From the NCBI RefSeq assembly GCF_009914755.1, contig NC_060927.1: 64,000 bases of DNA, one strand, 5' to 3'. This document shows positions 17,701 through 33,641 of the stretch, piece after piece. How positions within the stretch are numbered: the first letter of the stretch is position 1; every line of letters starts with the position of its first letter. Both the position numbers and the translations under genes were made by a program. This stretch comes from the human T2T-CHM13v2.0 reference genome, Homo sapiens. The notes below the pieces were generated by a model that searched no databases, was not told where the DNA came from, and saw nothing but the letters and a program-made list of their open reading frames with translations.

Positions 17701-18289
17701 TACACTCCCAAGGCTGTGGTCATTTTTATCTTCCATCCTTTTTTCATGCACTTTCTGGGGCCTGGTAAGGCTCCCTGTCTGCCTCCAATTTTTCCAAGTT
17801 CCATATTATCCAGAAGGTCTTCTCAATATGACAGCCTATATTTGTCTTTGCTCTTCTAAAGTTCTATATCAGTTAGCACATCGTCTAACATTAACTCACT
17901 GCTTATTCATTAGTATTTAACATTCCATAGGCAAAAATTTCATAGGTAAAAAAACTCCACGTCCTGCATGTAGTAGCTGCTTTATAACGATGTTTTGAAT
18001 AAATACTTAAACTAGACAAATTTTGAAAGTAGCCATTGAAATTAAATCAAAATACATTGAAAGAAATATATAGATTTCTTTTTTCAATGCATATTCTTTC
18101 AAGAGTTTATTTTTACCTCACTACTCTGAGATTTTAAAATGTGGGTTTCTCTGGAAAGAATTCCATATATCCAATGTAAGAATGAAAATATTTTAAATGC
18201 TACTAAAGGGTTATAGTCATATTCTTGATGAATTCCATATGATTAGGTAATTGAAATATTTCCTTTTTTCTCTTTTTTTTTGCATGCAG

Positions 18290-18885
18290 CATTTATTTTT
18301 AGCTTTATTGAGAACCATTTGCTTACCATAAAGTTAATCCTTTTAAAGTATAGAAGTCAGTAGTTTTTAATATATTAGAGGAGTGTACCCGTCACCACTA
18401 ATTCCAAATTTTTAAAAATTATCTCCCAAATAAACCCTGTATCTGTTTGCAGTTATTCCTCATTCTTCCCTTTCACTGGCCTCTGGTAACTATTAAACTA
18501 CTTTTTGTCTCTATGGGTTTGCCTATTTTGGACATTTTCTATAAATAGAATCACACGACATGTGGTCTTTTGTATCTAGCTTCTTCCACTTTGCATAATA
18601 TTTTTAAGGTTCATTTATTTTTAGCATGTATCAGTGTTTCATTTCTTTTTATGAATGAATAATATTCCATTGTATGGCTATACCACAATTTCTTCATTAA
18701 CTCATCAATTCATAGACACTTGGTGCTTTTCTACTTTTTGGCTCTTATGAATAATGTTCTTATGAACACATGCAGGTTTTTGTGCAGGCGTTTGTTTTCC
18801 ATTCTCTTGGGTACATATGTAAGAGGGGAATTGTTGGGTCAAATGTCAGCTCTGTTTTTAACTTTTTAAATAACTCTTGAAACAG
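18290..18885 (-). mobile_element. L1MB-type 3' end
   Basis: tttagctttattgag...gcctattttggacattttctataaatagaatc...aatattccattgtatgg. Confidence 0.8.
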
Positions 18886-20310
18886 AAATACTGGGGGATA
18901 TACAGGCATAAGATTAATCACACATATTTTATTTGTATTATTGCTAAATGATAAGTCCCAACTTACCCCTCCACTTCTGTAATCAAGGAATTTAGTGACA
19001 CACTTGATTAGCAGCAGGGACACTGAGGAGGGAATTGGGCTTCAGTCATGAGTAGCATGAACTAGTACAGATAGGGAAAGCCTCATCGTTACTAACTCTG
19101 TCCCCACACACTTTGTGAAGATAATGCCAGTTTTCAGAAATCAGTGGGGCAGGAAATGTCAGCAGAGAGAGCAGTTATCTGTGAGATTGCTTCAAGGGAA
19201 TGAGTCCTGAGTCTGATAGGCACAGCACAGGCAGCTACCAATCTTTGGACAATTTGTCAGAAATACTTCCTCCTTTTCTTTATTCTAATTATTTTCTGGG
19301 AACATCTGCTTTTCCTTTTCCACCCCACAGATTATTTTTGTTAACAATCTGGGAGCTAATTTCTTAGTGAAGATCAAAACATTTGAAAGACAACTGATCC
19401 TGAAGCTGATTCTGGAATGTACCTGAACCTGTGTTCCCATCTACAATGATACCTATTTCAGGGGATTGTTTTGAGAAAATATGACATAATCAATGAAAAC
19501 TGCCTGAGGTGGTGTGATCACACAGAAGAATTCTAAATGGACCTTTCAAGTGCTTTCCCTTCTCTCCAATATAATGCAAATTTGGATGGTCCAAAGAATA
19601 GTAGACTTATAGTCAGAAGACATAGATTTGGGTTTCAATTTAGTTTCTACTTACGTTTGTTTTTCTAGTTCTATGAACTTGGACAATTCAATCTAGCCTG
19701 TTTTGGTGTCTAAGATGGAGATAATCATGCCTCCTTTGCAGCTGCCTACCTCTCAAGACTTTCAAGAGAGTATAAAGAAGTGCTTTGTAAATGTATGGGT
19801 ATGTTTACTCTGACTCACATTCTACGAACGTGTATTAATAGGATTTCTTTTTTCCTCCATTCCCTTGACTGGTTCCATTCTTTATTCATGCTCTCATTGG
19901 CAACAAGGGATTTGAGGAAAATAAAACACACCTCGACTCCAAAAATTTGGATTGCCATGGCTGCTATCCTCACTTACCCTATGACACATACATTCCACAA
20001 TATTGGGAATCAAAATTTCCCTTTTCCTGATTTCTGAAACTCAGTACTGAGATAAACATTATGCTGCACTAAAATGAAGGTAAATCTTCCAACATGGAGC
20101 AGTAGCAAGTCCCCAGGTTTCAGAGATGGCACAGAATTATTGTAGGTCTGGCAGAGGTCCGTGTGCCCAGGTAAGTGAGCCCAAGTGTGTAATTTTTATT
20201 ACTAACCCTCCATCATGCTAAAAGCACACAATATCAGATAGACGTCCCTACAAGAACAATGAATGCTTTATTTTCTAGGGGAGGGGGATTCCAAAGAGGA
20301 AAGCCTAATA

Positions 20311-20626
20311 CAGTTATCCCTTGGTATCCACAAGGAATTGATTCCAGGACTCCCTCCGATAACAAGATTGGCAGATGCTCAAATCCCTTATGTAAAATGA
20401 TATAGTACTTGCATATAATCTATGCACATTTGTATACTTTAAATCATCTTTTGAGTATTTATAATAGTTAATAAAATGTAAATGCTATTGAGATTGCAGT
20501 AATATTCTGTTGTTTTTATTTTTGTTGCTTTTTATTGTTGTATTTTTATTTATTTATTTAAATATTTTTAACGTGCAGTTGGTTAAATGGGCAGATGCAG
20601 AGCCCACAAATATGGAGAGGCGACTG
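20311..20626. mobile_element. MER2 (Tigger-derived MITE)
   Basis: ta-cagttatcccttggtatcca...gattccaggac...gatgctcaaatcccttat...atatggagaggcgactg termini. Confidence 0.8.
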
Positions 20627-21838
20627 CCCTTACAGCATCTAGTGTAGATCACCTGACTTAGCACAGATTCTAGCTTGCCCTCCTGAACTACTAAGTCTGT
20701 AAAACTACAAGTTACCTTTTAAAACTCTTGAGAAGCTAGAAGTCCACAGGTAAACTAAGTTTTACCACACAGACAATCCCACATTTCTTAGAGGGAGAGA
20801 GAGAAAATTGAAGCAGTGCTCCACACGAGAAGTTCCACTTTTTGGAAAACAGGTGTCTGGTTACTCTGGACCATAGGGAACACTGTAAGATCCAGGCCTT
20901 CGTATTATATTGCTGAGTGGTAGATGGTAGCAGCAGTGATATTTCTAGGAGACAGCTTCATGATATGGTTTGTTTTATTTCACTGCATTGTTCTTCACTG
21001 AGTAGCATCTAAGCCTGAATCCCTGTGAAATACTTAATATCATTTCATAGCTCTTTCTGATCAATAGCTATAGTGGATTCTGTGTCAGTGACTAAGAACC
21101 TTGAGCAAAAGTACTCCATCAAGGTATTCTTACCAGAATGAAAAAGAACCACTGAATTAGAATTTAACCAAATATTTGTAAAGCTTCAAAAAGAGGTATT
21201 ATTTTTATAAAATTAGTTCCATGTAATATTTCTAATATTATGATGTTGAGAGATAGAGTTCTTATTCCAATGATTGTTGTAAATTTAGTCTTATATGTAT
21301 GCAAGTTTGATGTAGTCATAAAGTTGGTATTTTTTCTGTAAAGTCTATTTTTCCTTTTCAATATTTTCAAACTTTTCTTCTAGCTCTGTTTTTCTCAAAT
21401 TAAGAACAGCAGCTCCCTGCCAAAAGTTAATAAGGATATTTTCATTGGTGTTAGGAAAGCTACTTAATTTGCAAGTAAAGATATTTTAAAATTATGATTT
21501 GTAAAAATAGCACAGAATTAAACATATTTTGCCCTTCTGGGAATGTTCTGCTATAGAACTCTTGGTTTTTCTGGCCCAAGACCTGGAGCCACTATGTAGA
21601 AAACATGGGTTGTGCCTTGGAATAAATTTTGAGGCAGAAACACCTGTATTTATTTTAGACAAGACAGCCAGATGAAAGTCATAGCAACTGGCTACTGCCC
21701 CATTCTTGTTAAAAATGTTCACATTAGTCTTTTGTTCCAAAACCTGGAGACTTTCACTATTTCTTCCAAGTTGAAGTCCCCATTCTATTCTTATTTGAAT
21801 TTCCCAAACTGTAGTCCTTCCGTCCTTCTTTAAATCCT

Positions 21839-22176
<338 letters not shown>

Positions 22177-22272
22177 TAATTGGTTGAAGAATGTCAAAGA
22201 TGACCTCCCTGTCTGCTCAGAGCAATGCTTGTTATCTTCTCATAATTAATTAATTCCTTTGGTGGATTACTT

Positions 22273-22308
22273 TCCATGTAATGGACATTGGAAAGTCCAT
22301 TACATGGA
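22273..22308. repeat. Perfect hairpin, 14-bp stem and 8-nt loop
   Basis: tccatgtaatggac-attggaaa-gtccattacatgga. Confidence 0.95.
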
Positions 22309-22344
22309 CATTGCTATAAATTTACCACAACCTCTTTCTTCCTT

Positions 22345-22833
22345 GTGGTTGATAGAATAAGGCCTCCCAAAGATGTCCAAGATGATCACATTCTAATTCC
22401 TAGGCCCTATGAATAGGTGACCTTACATGGTCAAAGGATATTTGCAGAGGTGATTAAGTTAATGATCTTGAGATGGGAAGATTATCAGAGATTATCTGGT
22501 GGGCTGAATGTAATCACTAGGGTCTTTGGAAAGCAGGAGGCTCAAAGTAAGAACAGATGTGATGACAGAGGTCACAGAAAGAGAAGAGATTGAAGGTGCT
22601 ACACTGCTGGCTTTAAAGATGAAGTAATGAGTCATGAGCCAATAAATGTAGGCAGCCTCTTGAAGCTGGGTAAGGAAAGAAAATGGATTGTCAGCTAGAG
22701 CCTCCAGAAGTAATTCAGCCCAGCCAACACTTTGGTTGTAAGACTTCTGAGCTGCAGAACCCAAAGATAATAGCATTGTGCTAGCTGCTAAATTTGTGGT
22801 AATTTATTATAGCAACACTGGTATACTAATACA
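22345..22833 (+). mobile_element. MaLR solo LTR (MLT1D-like)
   Basis: tgtggttgatagaataaggcctcccaaagatgtcc...ccttacatgg...aaatttgtggtaattt...actaataca. Confidence 0.8.
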
Positions 22834-22864
22834 TTCTTCTTCCTACTAATACATTCTTCTAATG

Positions 22865-23230
22865 TAGTTAGACTACATTTTCCAACTTGCTTTGCAGCTA
22901 GATGTGACCATATGACTGAGTTGTGGTCAATGGAACTTGGAAGAAGTGAAATGCACGATTTCCAGGCCAAGCCAATATAAAATCTTTTCTCATGATCCTG
23001 CGTGATCTTTCCCCTTTAGCTAGCTGTATGAAAATGATACAGCAGAGGACTCTAAGACTCTGTGAAAGGCTAGAGCCAGAATATGGAAGGATATTGCTAC
23101 CCTGAATGTCCATATGGAAAGTAATCCACCAAAGAACCACAGTGAACTGATATATAAGTAAAAAATAAAGTTCTAAGGTATTAAGTCACTGAGATTATAG
23201 GTATGTTTGTTATGTAGCAGTAATGTATCA
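22865..23230 (+). mobile_element. Older MLT1 LTR fragment
   Basis: ctacattttccaacttgctttgcagctagatgtgaccatatgactgag...ttaagtcactgagatt. Confidence 0.6.
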
Positions 23231-24617
23231 CTTGATCAATAAATATTTATTAAGCATCTACACTATATTAAGCACTAACAAAATGTGAAAAAGAGACATA
23301 ATTTTTACCCCCTTAAAGTTTATAATTGTCTTAGACAATTTTCTGTCTACTTACTGAAAAACCTCAACACTAAATGATGTTGTTAATGCCAATTATCTCT
23401 GTGGTGGTGGTTTTGTGTGAAGAGAAATGTGAAATGATGTTAGTGATGAGGTTAATAATACATTAGTGACTCACCTGTAGAAATAAAAATAACTACACCT
23501 GTTCATCAGACAATACTAACTTTATAATAAATAACCTTAAAATCTCAGTGTTTTAACACAATAAAAATTTGTTCCCCTTTCTTTCTTGATCCTGAAAATC
23601 CACTGTGAGGTGAGGTTCTTTTGGATAATTTATGTGAGAGTTGACTGAGAGACACTTTCATTTCCATCTTATAGCTCCAAGATTCCTTGGGTATCCTCTA
23701 GTCAAAAACTGGACAGAAGAAAGAGTGAGGAAGGCACACAGATACATTCAGCCAGCTAGGATCAAAGGTGTCACACATCACTTCCACTGACATATCATTA
23801 GCCAGAGCCAGCCACATGACCCCCCTAGGTGCAAGAGAGCTGGGAAACGGAGGTCCCAGATGGATCATCATTTCCCATTAGTCATTCTGGAAGAGGAGCA
23901 TACACTGTGAATGGTCTACAAAGCCATCTCTGCCAGGGATCAGTGGGCCACGGATTTAATTATTTACTCTCAAAGAAACTCTTTGAGATGGTTATTATTT
24001 TCCATAATTTACAGATGAGATAAATATGGCTCAGAAAGAAGAACTGACAAGGTTGTGTAGACACTGTAGGGGCAAAGCCAGAATTCAAAGGAGTTTTTAA
24101 GCTTGTATCCTGAGAACATACAGAGTTCTCAGGATAGCAACCAACATAGCATAACCTAAAAAAAAAGAAAGAAAGAAAGAAAGAAATTGATAACAAAATT
24201 GAAGCAGAAATGGAACTGGCTCCTAACATTCTTCTGGTGAGATAGATTGCACCTCACCTTCAGAAAGGAGTGCTTATAGAGGCTTAGGGAATGGGAATGA
24301 CTGAAACAAGACTGCCTGACATTTTGTTTACTGTGGTAAGAGAATGCTTCTTCCTTCACCTCCATTCCCCCAGGGAACTTGTCCCTTCTTAACAAAAGAA
24401 TTGTTCAACGTTGGGGAAGTTCTGTGCGGAATTTAACCTACCACTACAGCCTCTACATTATCTACATTATCCTTGGGAATTTAAAACATGAGAAAGTTTT
24501 AATGCTGAAAGATACAAATCAGTCCAGGTGTGAGCAATTCCTTAGCATTTTTCTTCCACTTCTTCACAGTAGGATTGAAAATTCATGTAGCTTCTCACAG
24601 GAATTCCCCTTTGCTAC

Positions 24618-24799
24618 TGCCCTGGAGGAGAAGCCAAAAGAATCAAAGAATATATACTGTATAGTCAACAACATAAGGAAAAAATGTATTAGAGAGGTAA
24701 AATGTATTAGAGAGGCAAATTAGATAAAATGATGATAATAATATGCTTTTCTGGATTGGGCTATATTTATTGTTGCCCTGGAGGAGAAGCCAAAAGAAT
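24618..24799. other. Inverted templated insertion (24641-24775 copies 30313-30444) flanked by a 26-bp direct duplication
   Basis: About 92% identity to the reverse complement of 30313-30444; tgccctggaggagaagccaaaagaat at 24618-24643 and 24774-24799. Confidence 0.93.
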
Positions 24800-24927
24800 G
24801 CCAAGCTTTTCTTCTGTATGCCACAAAGCATGATTAGCTTGACTCTTACCTTTAGACAAATAAAACTGAATGCAGATCTATATAGACAAAAAATACTAGC
24901 ATAAATGTTATTGTTAGGAAGCTTGAT

Positions 24928-25249
24928 TGTATTAGTCTGTTTTCACATTGCTGTAAAGAAATACCCAAGACTGGGTCATTTATAAAGGAAGAAGGATTAA
25001 TTGACTCATAGTTCTGAATCATAGTAGAAGGAGAAGCAGACACCTTCTTCACAAGTCAGCAGGAAAGAGAAGAGTGAAGGAGGACTTTCAAACACCTATA
25101 AACCATCAGATCTCCTGAGAACTCTCTCACTATGTCAAGAACAGCATGGGAGAAATCACCCCCACAATCCAATCTCCTCCCTCCCTTGACATGTGGGGAT
25201 TATAATTCAAGATGAGATTTGGGTGGGGACACAGAGCCAAATCATATCA
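24928..25249 (-). mobile_element. THE1 solo LTR (MaLR)
   Basis: tgtattagtctgttttcac...gagatttgggtggggacacagagccaaatcatatca; 5-bp TSD ttgat/tcgat. Confidence 0.9.
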
Positions 25250-25879
25250 TCGATGATGATGAGGATGATGATGATGATAATGACGCTAACAATAAATAAG
25301 AGAAGCCTCAGGAAAAGGTTTTCATTAGTATTGCAAACAAACTGTAGCCTAACAGCTCCACTGATTTCACAGATCACAGCTGCAAGATCATCTAGCTCAG
25401 TGTCAAGGCAAAAGCAGCAAAAGTCCAGTTCTGTGAATGGATAAGGCTAGGAGTTGGGCAGGTGGTGAACGCTGGGATGCCTAGTGCCCAACTGCAAAGA
25501 AAAAGAAGGCTTTTCCCTGCCCAGAATCACCTTCTCAGGAAAGCCTTCAGTAGCTCTTAAAGGCAGAACTCACTTTAGCTTTTTATCTATTTGCACTGGG
25601 GCACTGTGTTCTCCTGTATCCCTAGCTCCAATGTTAGGCAGGGTCAGGGTAGTAAGTGGCAATTTTGTGTCTGGACCTAATGTATATGGTGGCTCTTGCT
25701 ACATAGTGAAAATAGTAATTCCTACTTTCCTTTCTTTAACAGCAGTCTATATTGAGCACACTGTATGGCCTCCTCGCTGTAGTGAGAAGAAAACAATGGC
25801 CAGCTTAAAAGCAATAAAGAAGGGACCGGAGCAGGAAGTAAAAAGGGAGAGTCTGTTCTGTTTAGAAAAGCACATAAAT

Positions 25880-28283
<2,404 letters not shown>

Positions 28284-28550
28284 AAAAGCACTTGAATGTG
28301 CCCAAGGCAAGGAGAGGAAACCTTCTCCATGTTATCAAACAAAAGAGCTTCCTCTGTAGGGAAGAAAAGTTGTTTTTAGGTATAATAAGTTTTGCTTTCT
28401 AAGAGTGTTTAAAACATTAACAGAAGAACTTTATTTTTACTGGGTTGGGTAGTAACTTAGGAGAGAAAGGAAATTGGAAAGAAGTCTGTTCTGAATGCTG
28501 GTAGCCCTTTAGGATCCCAGATGAGAGGTGAGGGTTCTCCAGAGAAACAA

Positions 28551-28553
<3 letters not shown>

Positions 28554-28610
<57 letters not shown>
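28554..28610. repeat. (TG)28 microsatellite
   Basis: Uninterrupted TG run. Confidence 0.98.
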
Positions 28611-28614
<4 letters not shown>

Positions 28615-28860
28615 AGAAAAATTTTAAGAAGTTGCTCATCTGATTGTTGTGAAAGCTGACAAATCCAAAATTTCAAAAGCTTCAGGGTAGGACAGCAAGC
28701 TGGAGACCCAGGGAACAGTTTATGCTGCAATTCAAGTCTGAAGGTGGTCTGCTAGCAGAATTCACTCAAGGGAGATTGGTCTTTTTTCTATCAAGGCCTT
28801 TAACCAATTAGTTGAGACTCACTCACATTATGGAAGGTAATGTACTTTACTCAAGTCTTC

Positions 28861-29268
28861 TGTATTAGTCTATTTTGCATTGCTATGAAGGGATATATGA
28901 GGCTTATAAAGAAAAGAGGTTTATTTGGCTCAAGATTTTGCAGGCTGTACAAGAAGCACAGTGCCAGCATCTACTTCTGGTGAGGCCTCCAAAAGTTTCC
29001 AATCATGGTGAAAGGTGAAGTGGGAGCAGGTGTGTCACTCACAGAAAGGGAGTAAAAGAGAGGGGAGGAGGTGCCAGCATCTTTTAAACAATCAGCTCTT
29101 GTATGAACTAATCGAGTGAGCACTCACTCATACCCATGAGGCAGGCAGCAAGCCATTCATGAGGATCCACCCTCATGACCTAAACACCTCCCACTAGTCC
29201 CCACCTCCAACACTGGGGACCACATTCCAACATGAGATTCGGAGGAGACAAATATCCAAACCATTACA
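28861..29268 (-). mobile_element. MST solo LTR (MaLR)
   Basis: tgtattagtctattttgcattgctat...caacatgagattcggaggagacaaatatccaaaccattaca; TSD tcttc/tctac. Confidence 0.85.
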
Positions 29269-29512
29269 TCTACTGATTTAAGTAGAACTCTCATATAAAA
29301 ATACCTTCACAGATATATCTAGAACAATATTTGAGCAAATATCTGGGTACCATGGCCTAGCCAAATTGATACATAAAGTTAACCATCTCCAAGTGCTTCT
29401 GAGAGATTCACCCAGAAGACTGCTGGTATTTAGGGGCCTCTGAACCCCTTCCTTTTTTTTTTCTCTCCATAGCATAGGGGTCTGGAGTCTTGCATCTGAC
29501 TCTACCACCTTA

Positions 29513-31114
29513 ACAGAAGAGCCCAAGTTTTGTGGAGTTTGATGCTTATGTAATTTGAGTGGCCATCTTTGAGAAATAATTAAAAGACATAAAGTCCATT
29601 TTTCATTTCAGACATTACTGATAGGAGCAGAAAAAGAAACGAACATTTTGAAGATCAGCTAATCAGTTTCTTATGAAGGTAACAATTTCCTCTACCCAAT
29701 GACAAAGCAATTCCCCTCCAAAATGAAAACATTTGTCTATAAAAATACTGCACAAGAGTTTCATAGCTGCTTTATTCATAATAGATCCAAACTGATAACT
29801 CAAATGTCCATTAAAAAATAAATGGGTTAAAAATATTGATATATTCACACAATGAAATATGACCCAGAAATGAAAAAAAGGAATTACCAATATACACAAA
29901 ACATGCCTAAATATAGAAAACATTATGCTGCACTAAATAAGCCAAATATAAGAGTACATGGTGTAGTATTTCATGTATATGAAGCTCTAAAACAGGTAAA
30001 ACTATTCTATAATGTAAGCAGAAAAGTAGTTTCCCAGGGCTGGGGATGGAAAGTGACTTACTTCAAAGGACACAAGGAAACTTTCTGGGGTAATGGAAAT
30101 GTTCCAAATCTTGACTTGCAAGGTGCTAACATTTGTAAAGTTTGTGAAACTCATTCAACAGTACACTTAAAATACATCCATTTTATGTTATGTAAATTGT
30201 TCCTGAATGAAGGTGATGTAAAACAAAATTACAAAACAAAGTAAGTATAAAAGCAAATATTTATTTAGAATTAATTGAGAAAACTCAGGAGATCAATCAT
30301 TTTTAAGGTTGTCAAAAATAAATATAGCCCAATCCAGAAAAGCATATTATTTTCATTTTACCTAATTTACGTCTATAATACATTTTATCTCTCTAATACA
30401 TTTTTTCCTTATGTTGTTGACTATACAGTATATATCCTTTGATTGTCTCCTCATATAACAAAAGTCTTGTAATTTATCTCTAGAGAAACTAAAAAGCTAT
30501 TTCAGGGTTTCCTCTGGCATGGATGCATGAAATTCTCTTTTTCATTTCTGATAATTTAGAAGGCTTTCCTTCAGTTTCTCGACACACTCTGGGTGATGAC
30601 ATATCTATAAGTTCTTATGGTTTTTTATGAAGGGAGTGCTTCTTGCCCAGGAGCAGCCCTGTGTATCTCCAGACATTTGATGTTTCTTGGTGTGGCCCCT
30701 GATGACCACTCAGCAGCTGGCCCACCTCAGCCAGATCCTCACTGGTCCCTGCCCTCCAGCTCCCCATTTCTGCAGGGATGATCCTGGGGGGGTGAGGTGG
30801 CCGTGAAGCCTGAGACACAGGTCCTTAGTGGAGTAGCATCTCCCTCAGATCCTTCTCTTCTGAGTGAAGATACAGCCCTGATGCTTGATGCTTGTATCAG
30901 ACATAAGATGTCAGTGTGGCTGAGAGAATGTACAGTTAAAATTGGCAGTCCCAGGATCACTTCCAGAGCACAAAAGTGACCATCAGGGCACATGGCTAGA
31001 GGTACTGCTTTCTACTTTCATCCTCAGAGAGAAACACGCTAATCCTTGTAATGCCTCCATGCAAGAGCAGGGCCCTAAAGCTTAAGCGTCATGAGCATGT
31101 GCCTAATAGCTCTG
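29513..31114. mobile_element. Probable ancient hAT-Tip100-type element (MER115-like) split by an L1ME fragment
   Basis: Left end cccaagttttgtggagtttgatgcttatgtaattt; right end gggccctaaagcttaagc...ctctg. Recalled consensus only. Confidence 0.45.
29640..30235 (+). mobile_element. L1ME-type 3' end
   Basis: ttcatagctgctttattcataatag...aactttctggggtaatggaaatgtt...ttttatgttatgtaaatt. Confidence 0.7.
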
Positions 31115-31536
31115 GAAATTTGTTTACACTAACCTCAGTTTCCTCATTTGAAAAACAGGGATGATGATAGTAATAATATTACAGGACTCAGGATTATTAA
31201 GAAAATTCTTTACATAAATTAAATTCACACTTTACAATGTATGTAAAGTACTGAGTATGATACCTGGTCCGTGGTAAATACTGAATATTGGTGCTTGGAT
31301 CAACACACCCACATCCATTTCAAATCTACTGTCTCCAGCCAATCTCCATCCTGAGCCCCCAACCAATATATTTAACATACCAACACAGTAGATAGCTCCA
31401 CATGGAAGTCTACTAGACACTTATTCATCCTTCTAGAACATTCCTCCTTCTGTCATTTCTACTTTGTTGAATGACAACACAATCACAAAGTTACTCAAGA
31501 TAAAAAAAAAGTTATTTAGGTAATAATTTTAGGTCA

Positions 31537-31870
31537 CTGCCATTCATTAAAAATATAACATGAACCACAAATGTGAGCAACACAGGTAATTTAAAATTTT
31601 CTGGTAGCCACAGTAAAACACTACAAAGCAACGGGTGGAATTAATTTTGATGATATATTTTATTTAATCTAATATATCCAAAATAGTATCATTTCAAGGT
31701 GATCAAGATACGAAATCATTAATGAGATATTGTACATTCCATTTTAATACTTTGTCTTCAAAATTAGGTGTGTACGTCACACTTAACAGCATGTCTCATA
31801 TTGAATTAGCCATGTCTAAAGTGCTCATTAGCTACACATGACTAATGGCTACTATGCTGGACATCATGGC
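31537..31870. mobile_element. MER33 (hAT-Charlie MITE)
   Basis: aattttctggtagccac...aattaattttgatgatatattttatttaa...gtgctcattagctacacatgactaatggctact. Confidence 0.75.
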
Positions 31871-33641
31871 TCTAGACTCTCCCAACTTGGCCCTCCCCAC
31901 TACACATCCAATTGATCATCCATTTTCATAACTGCTGTTTTTTGTTGCCTTCACAGTCTCTTACCCTCTACTTTCACTTGTCAGTGAAGAGGCTTTTTTA
32001 TCCTAAACTGATGACTCTGTCTTCTAATTATTTTCCCTTTCTTCAAGCTCACTCCCTTCCAGTCTCTCCCTCAGGCTTCTACCAGTGGATCTCTTTGTGA
32101 GAGCACATTCAATATGAAATGCTAAGGCCTTAGCTCATCACACAGGGTCCATGATACATGGCCCTAGGATATCCCCACAGTTATATCTCCTACTCTAACA
32201 TATTCTTCTCATTAATCTTGAGGAACATTTGACATTCTTTCAACAAATATTTATTGACCAAAACAAAATCCTTGACCTTAGTGAGTTATATTCCATCTAC
32301 ATAGATATGAACATGCAGTTTCATCTCTTTGACATGACTGAGGGCTCTTTTCCCTTTTCCTTCAATGGTCAACTTCTGCAACAATTCCCTCTGGCAGAGT
32401 TCATTACCGCCACCTCATTTATCAGGATACTTAGCCCTGTGTTCTTATAGCTCTCTCTTAATGGAACCATTAAAATGATCATTATATACTGTTCCATGCT
32501 TGCTGGTTTTCTCATCTGTCTCCAGCACCTTACTCTATGTGTGTATGGAGAGTAGAGAAAATATTTTACTTAAGTCGCTGCCCCATCACTTGGCATAGGG
32601 ACTGAAACATCATGGGTCCTCGATAAATACTTTTTGAGCCCACGAATGAAATAAGACCAGAAACAGCAATCCTGAGTTTTGTTTAGTTCATGTTTCATCA
32701 ATAAAACCTAATTTCATATTTTAAAAGGCGAAGTAAGTCATTTCCTCCCACTGTTTGGCAAAAATGACATTTCCCAGGCCCATTTGAGAAGGTTACTGAA
32801 AAAGCGTAGGAGAGGTTTTAAAATGTTTTTAAAAACCATATTCCACACAAAAGGCATCTCTAAAGAAGATTAAATAAGCATCTACCTAAGAACATCTGAC
32901 AATGGTATATTTATGTGGGAGTATCCAGGGTTCCCAAGGATTCCAGCCAAGAAAAATAACAGCTTATGTCCTTGTCTCAATTTTGTCATTTTAATAAAAA
33001 GTTTTGCTTTTAAATTCATTCTGTAGCATGTTGCATAAACAGCAGAGTGAGCAGATGTGCTCTTCTTTTAGCCAACTGATTTATACAGAGTCTGATTCAT
33101 TGAAAAAATTCATACGGGGCTTTCTTCACTTTATGGAAAGGCTTACCTACCATGTAGGTAGAGCTGCACAGCTGGTACATGTACCTAATCTAGGCTTCTG
33201 AGATGCTGAAGGAGATCCATCAGGATCTGGAGGAGCTGCAGGCCTGGCTCTGCTGCCATATGCCAACCGACAAGATGAGATAGCAGATCAGTAACAGCAT
33301 GCATGACCTGCAACAACATCCAGTACCTTGCATTGATCTCGAGAGCGTGATGACTACTGATTTGCTTCTATCTTCCAGATTGCATGCAAATATCTTTGTG
33401 GCCATCCCTAACATGGAACTTTATAGGAAGAGACTTCTGGATGTTTCCAGCTTTGCTATGTTGACACAGTAAATAGGTGCCAAAGTCTACACTCTTGTTT
33501 TACTCAAGATTCTTCAGCTTGACAATGGTAGAAATCCATCTAAAACTGGTTTAATTTGGCTAAAGGGATTGAAAAGTCTATGGCATCAGTCTTCAGGCAT
33601 GATTAGTTCCAGATGTTCAGACAGTGTTGCCAGAAATCTGT

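Larger units (their letters stand above)
28530..29388 (-). mobile_element. MLT2 (ERVL) LTR with internal (TG)n, interrupted by an MST LTR
   Basis: gggttctccagagaaaca-(TG)n...; ends gccaaattgatacataaagttaaccatc. Confidence 0.8.

Noticed and set aside
24618-24799. Direct repeat-spacer-direct repeat resembling a minimal CRISPR or composite element
   Set aside because: Only two repeats, eukaryotic context, no cas genes, and the spacer is a local inverted copy.
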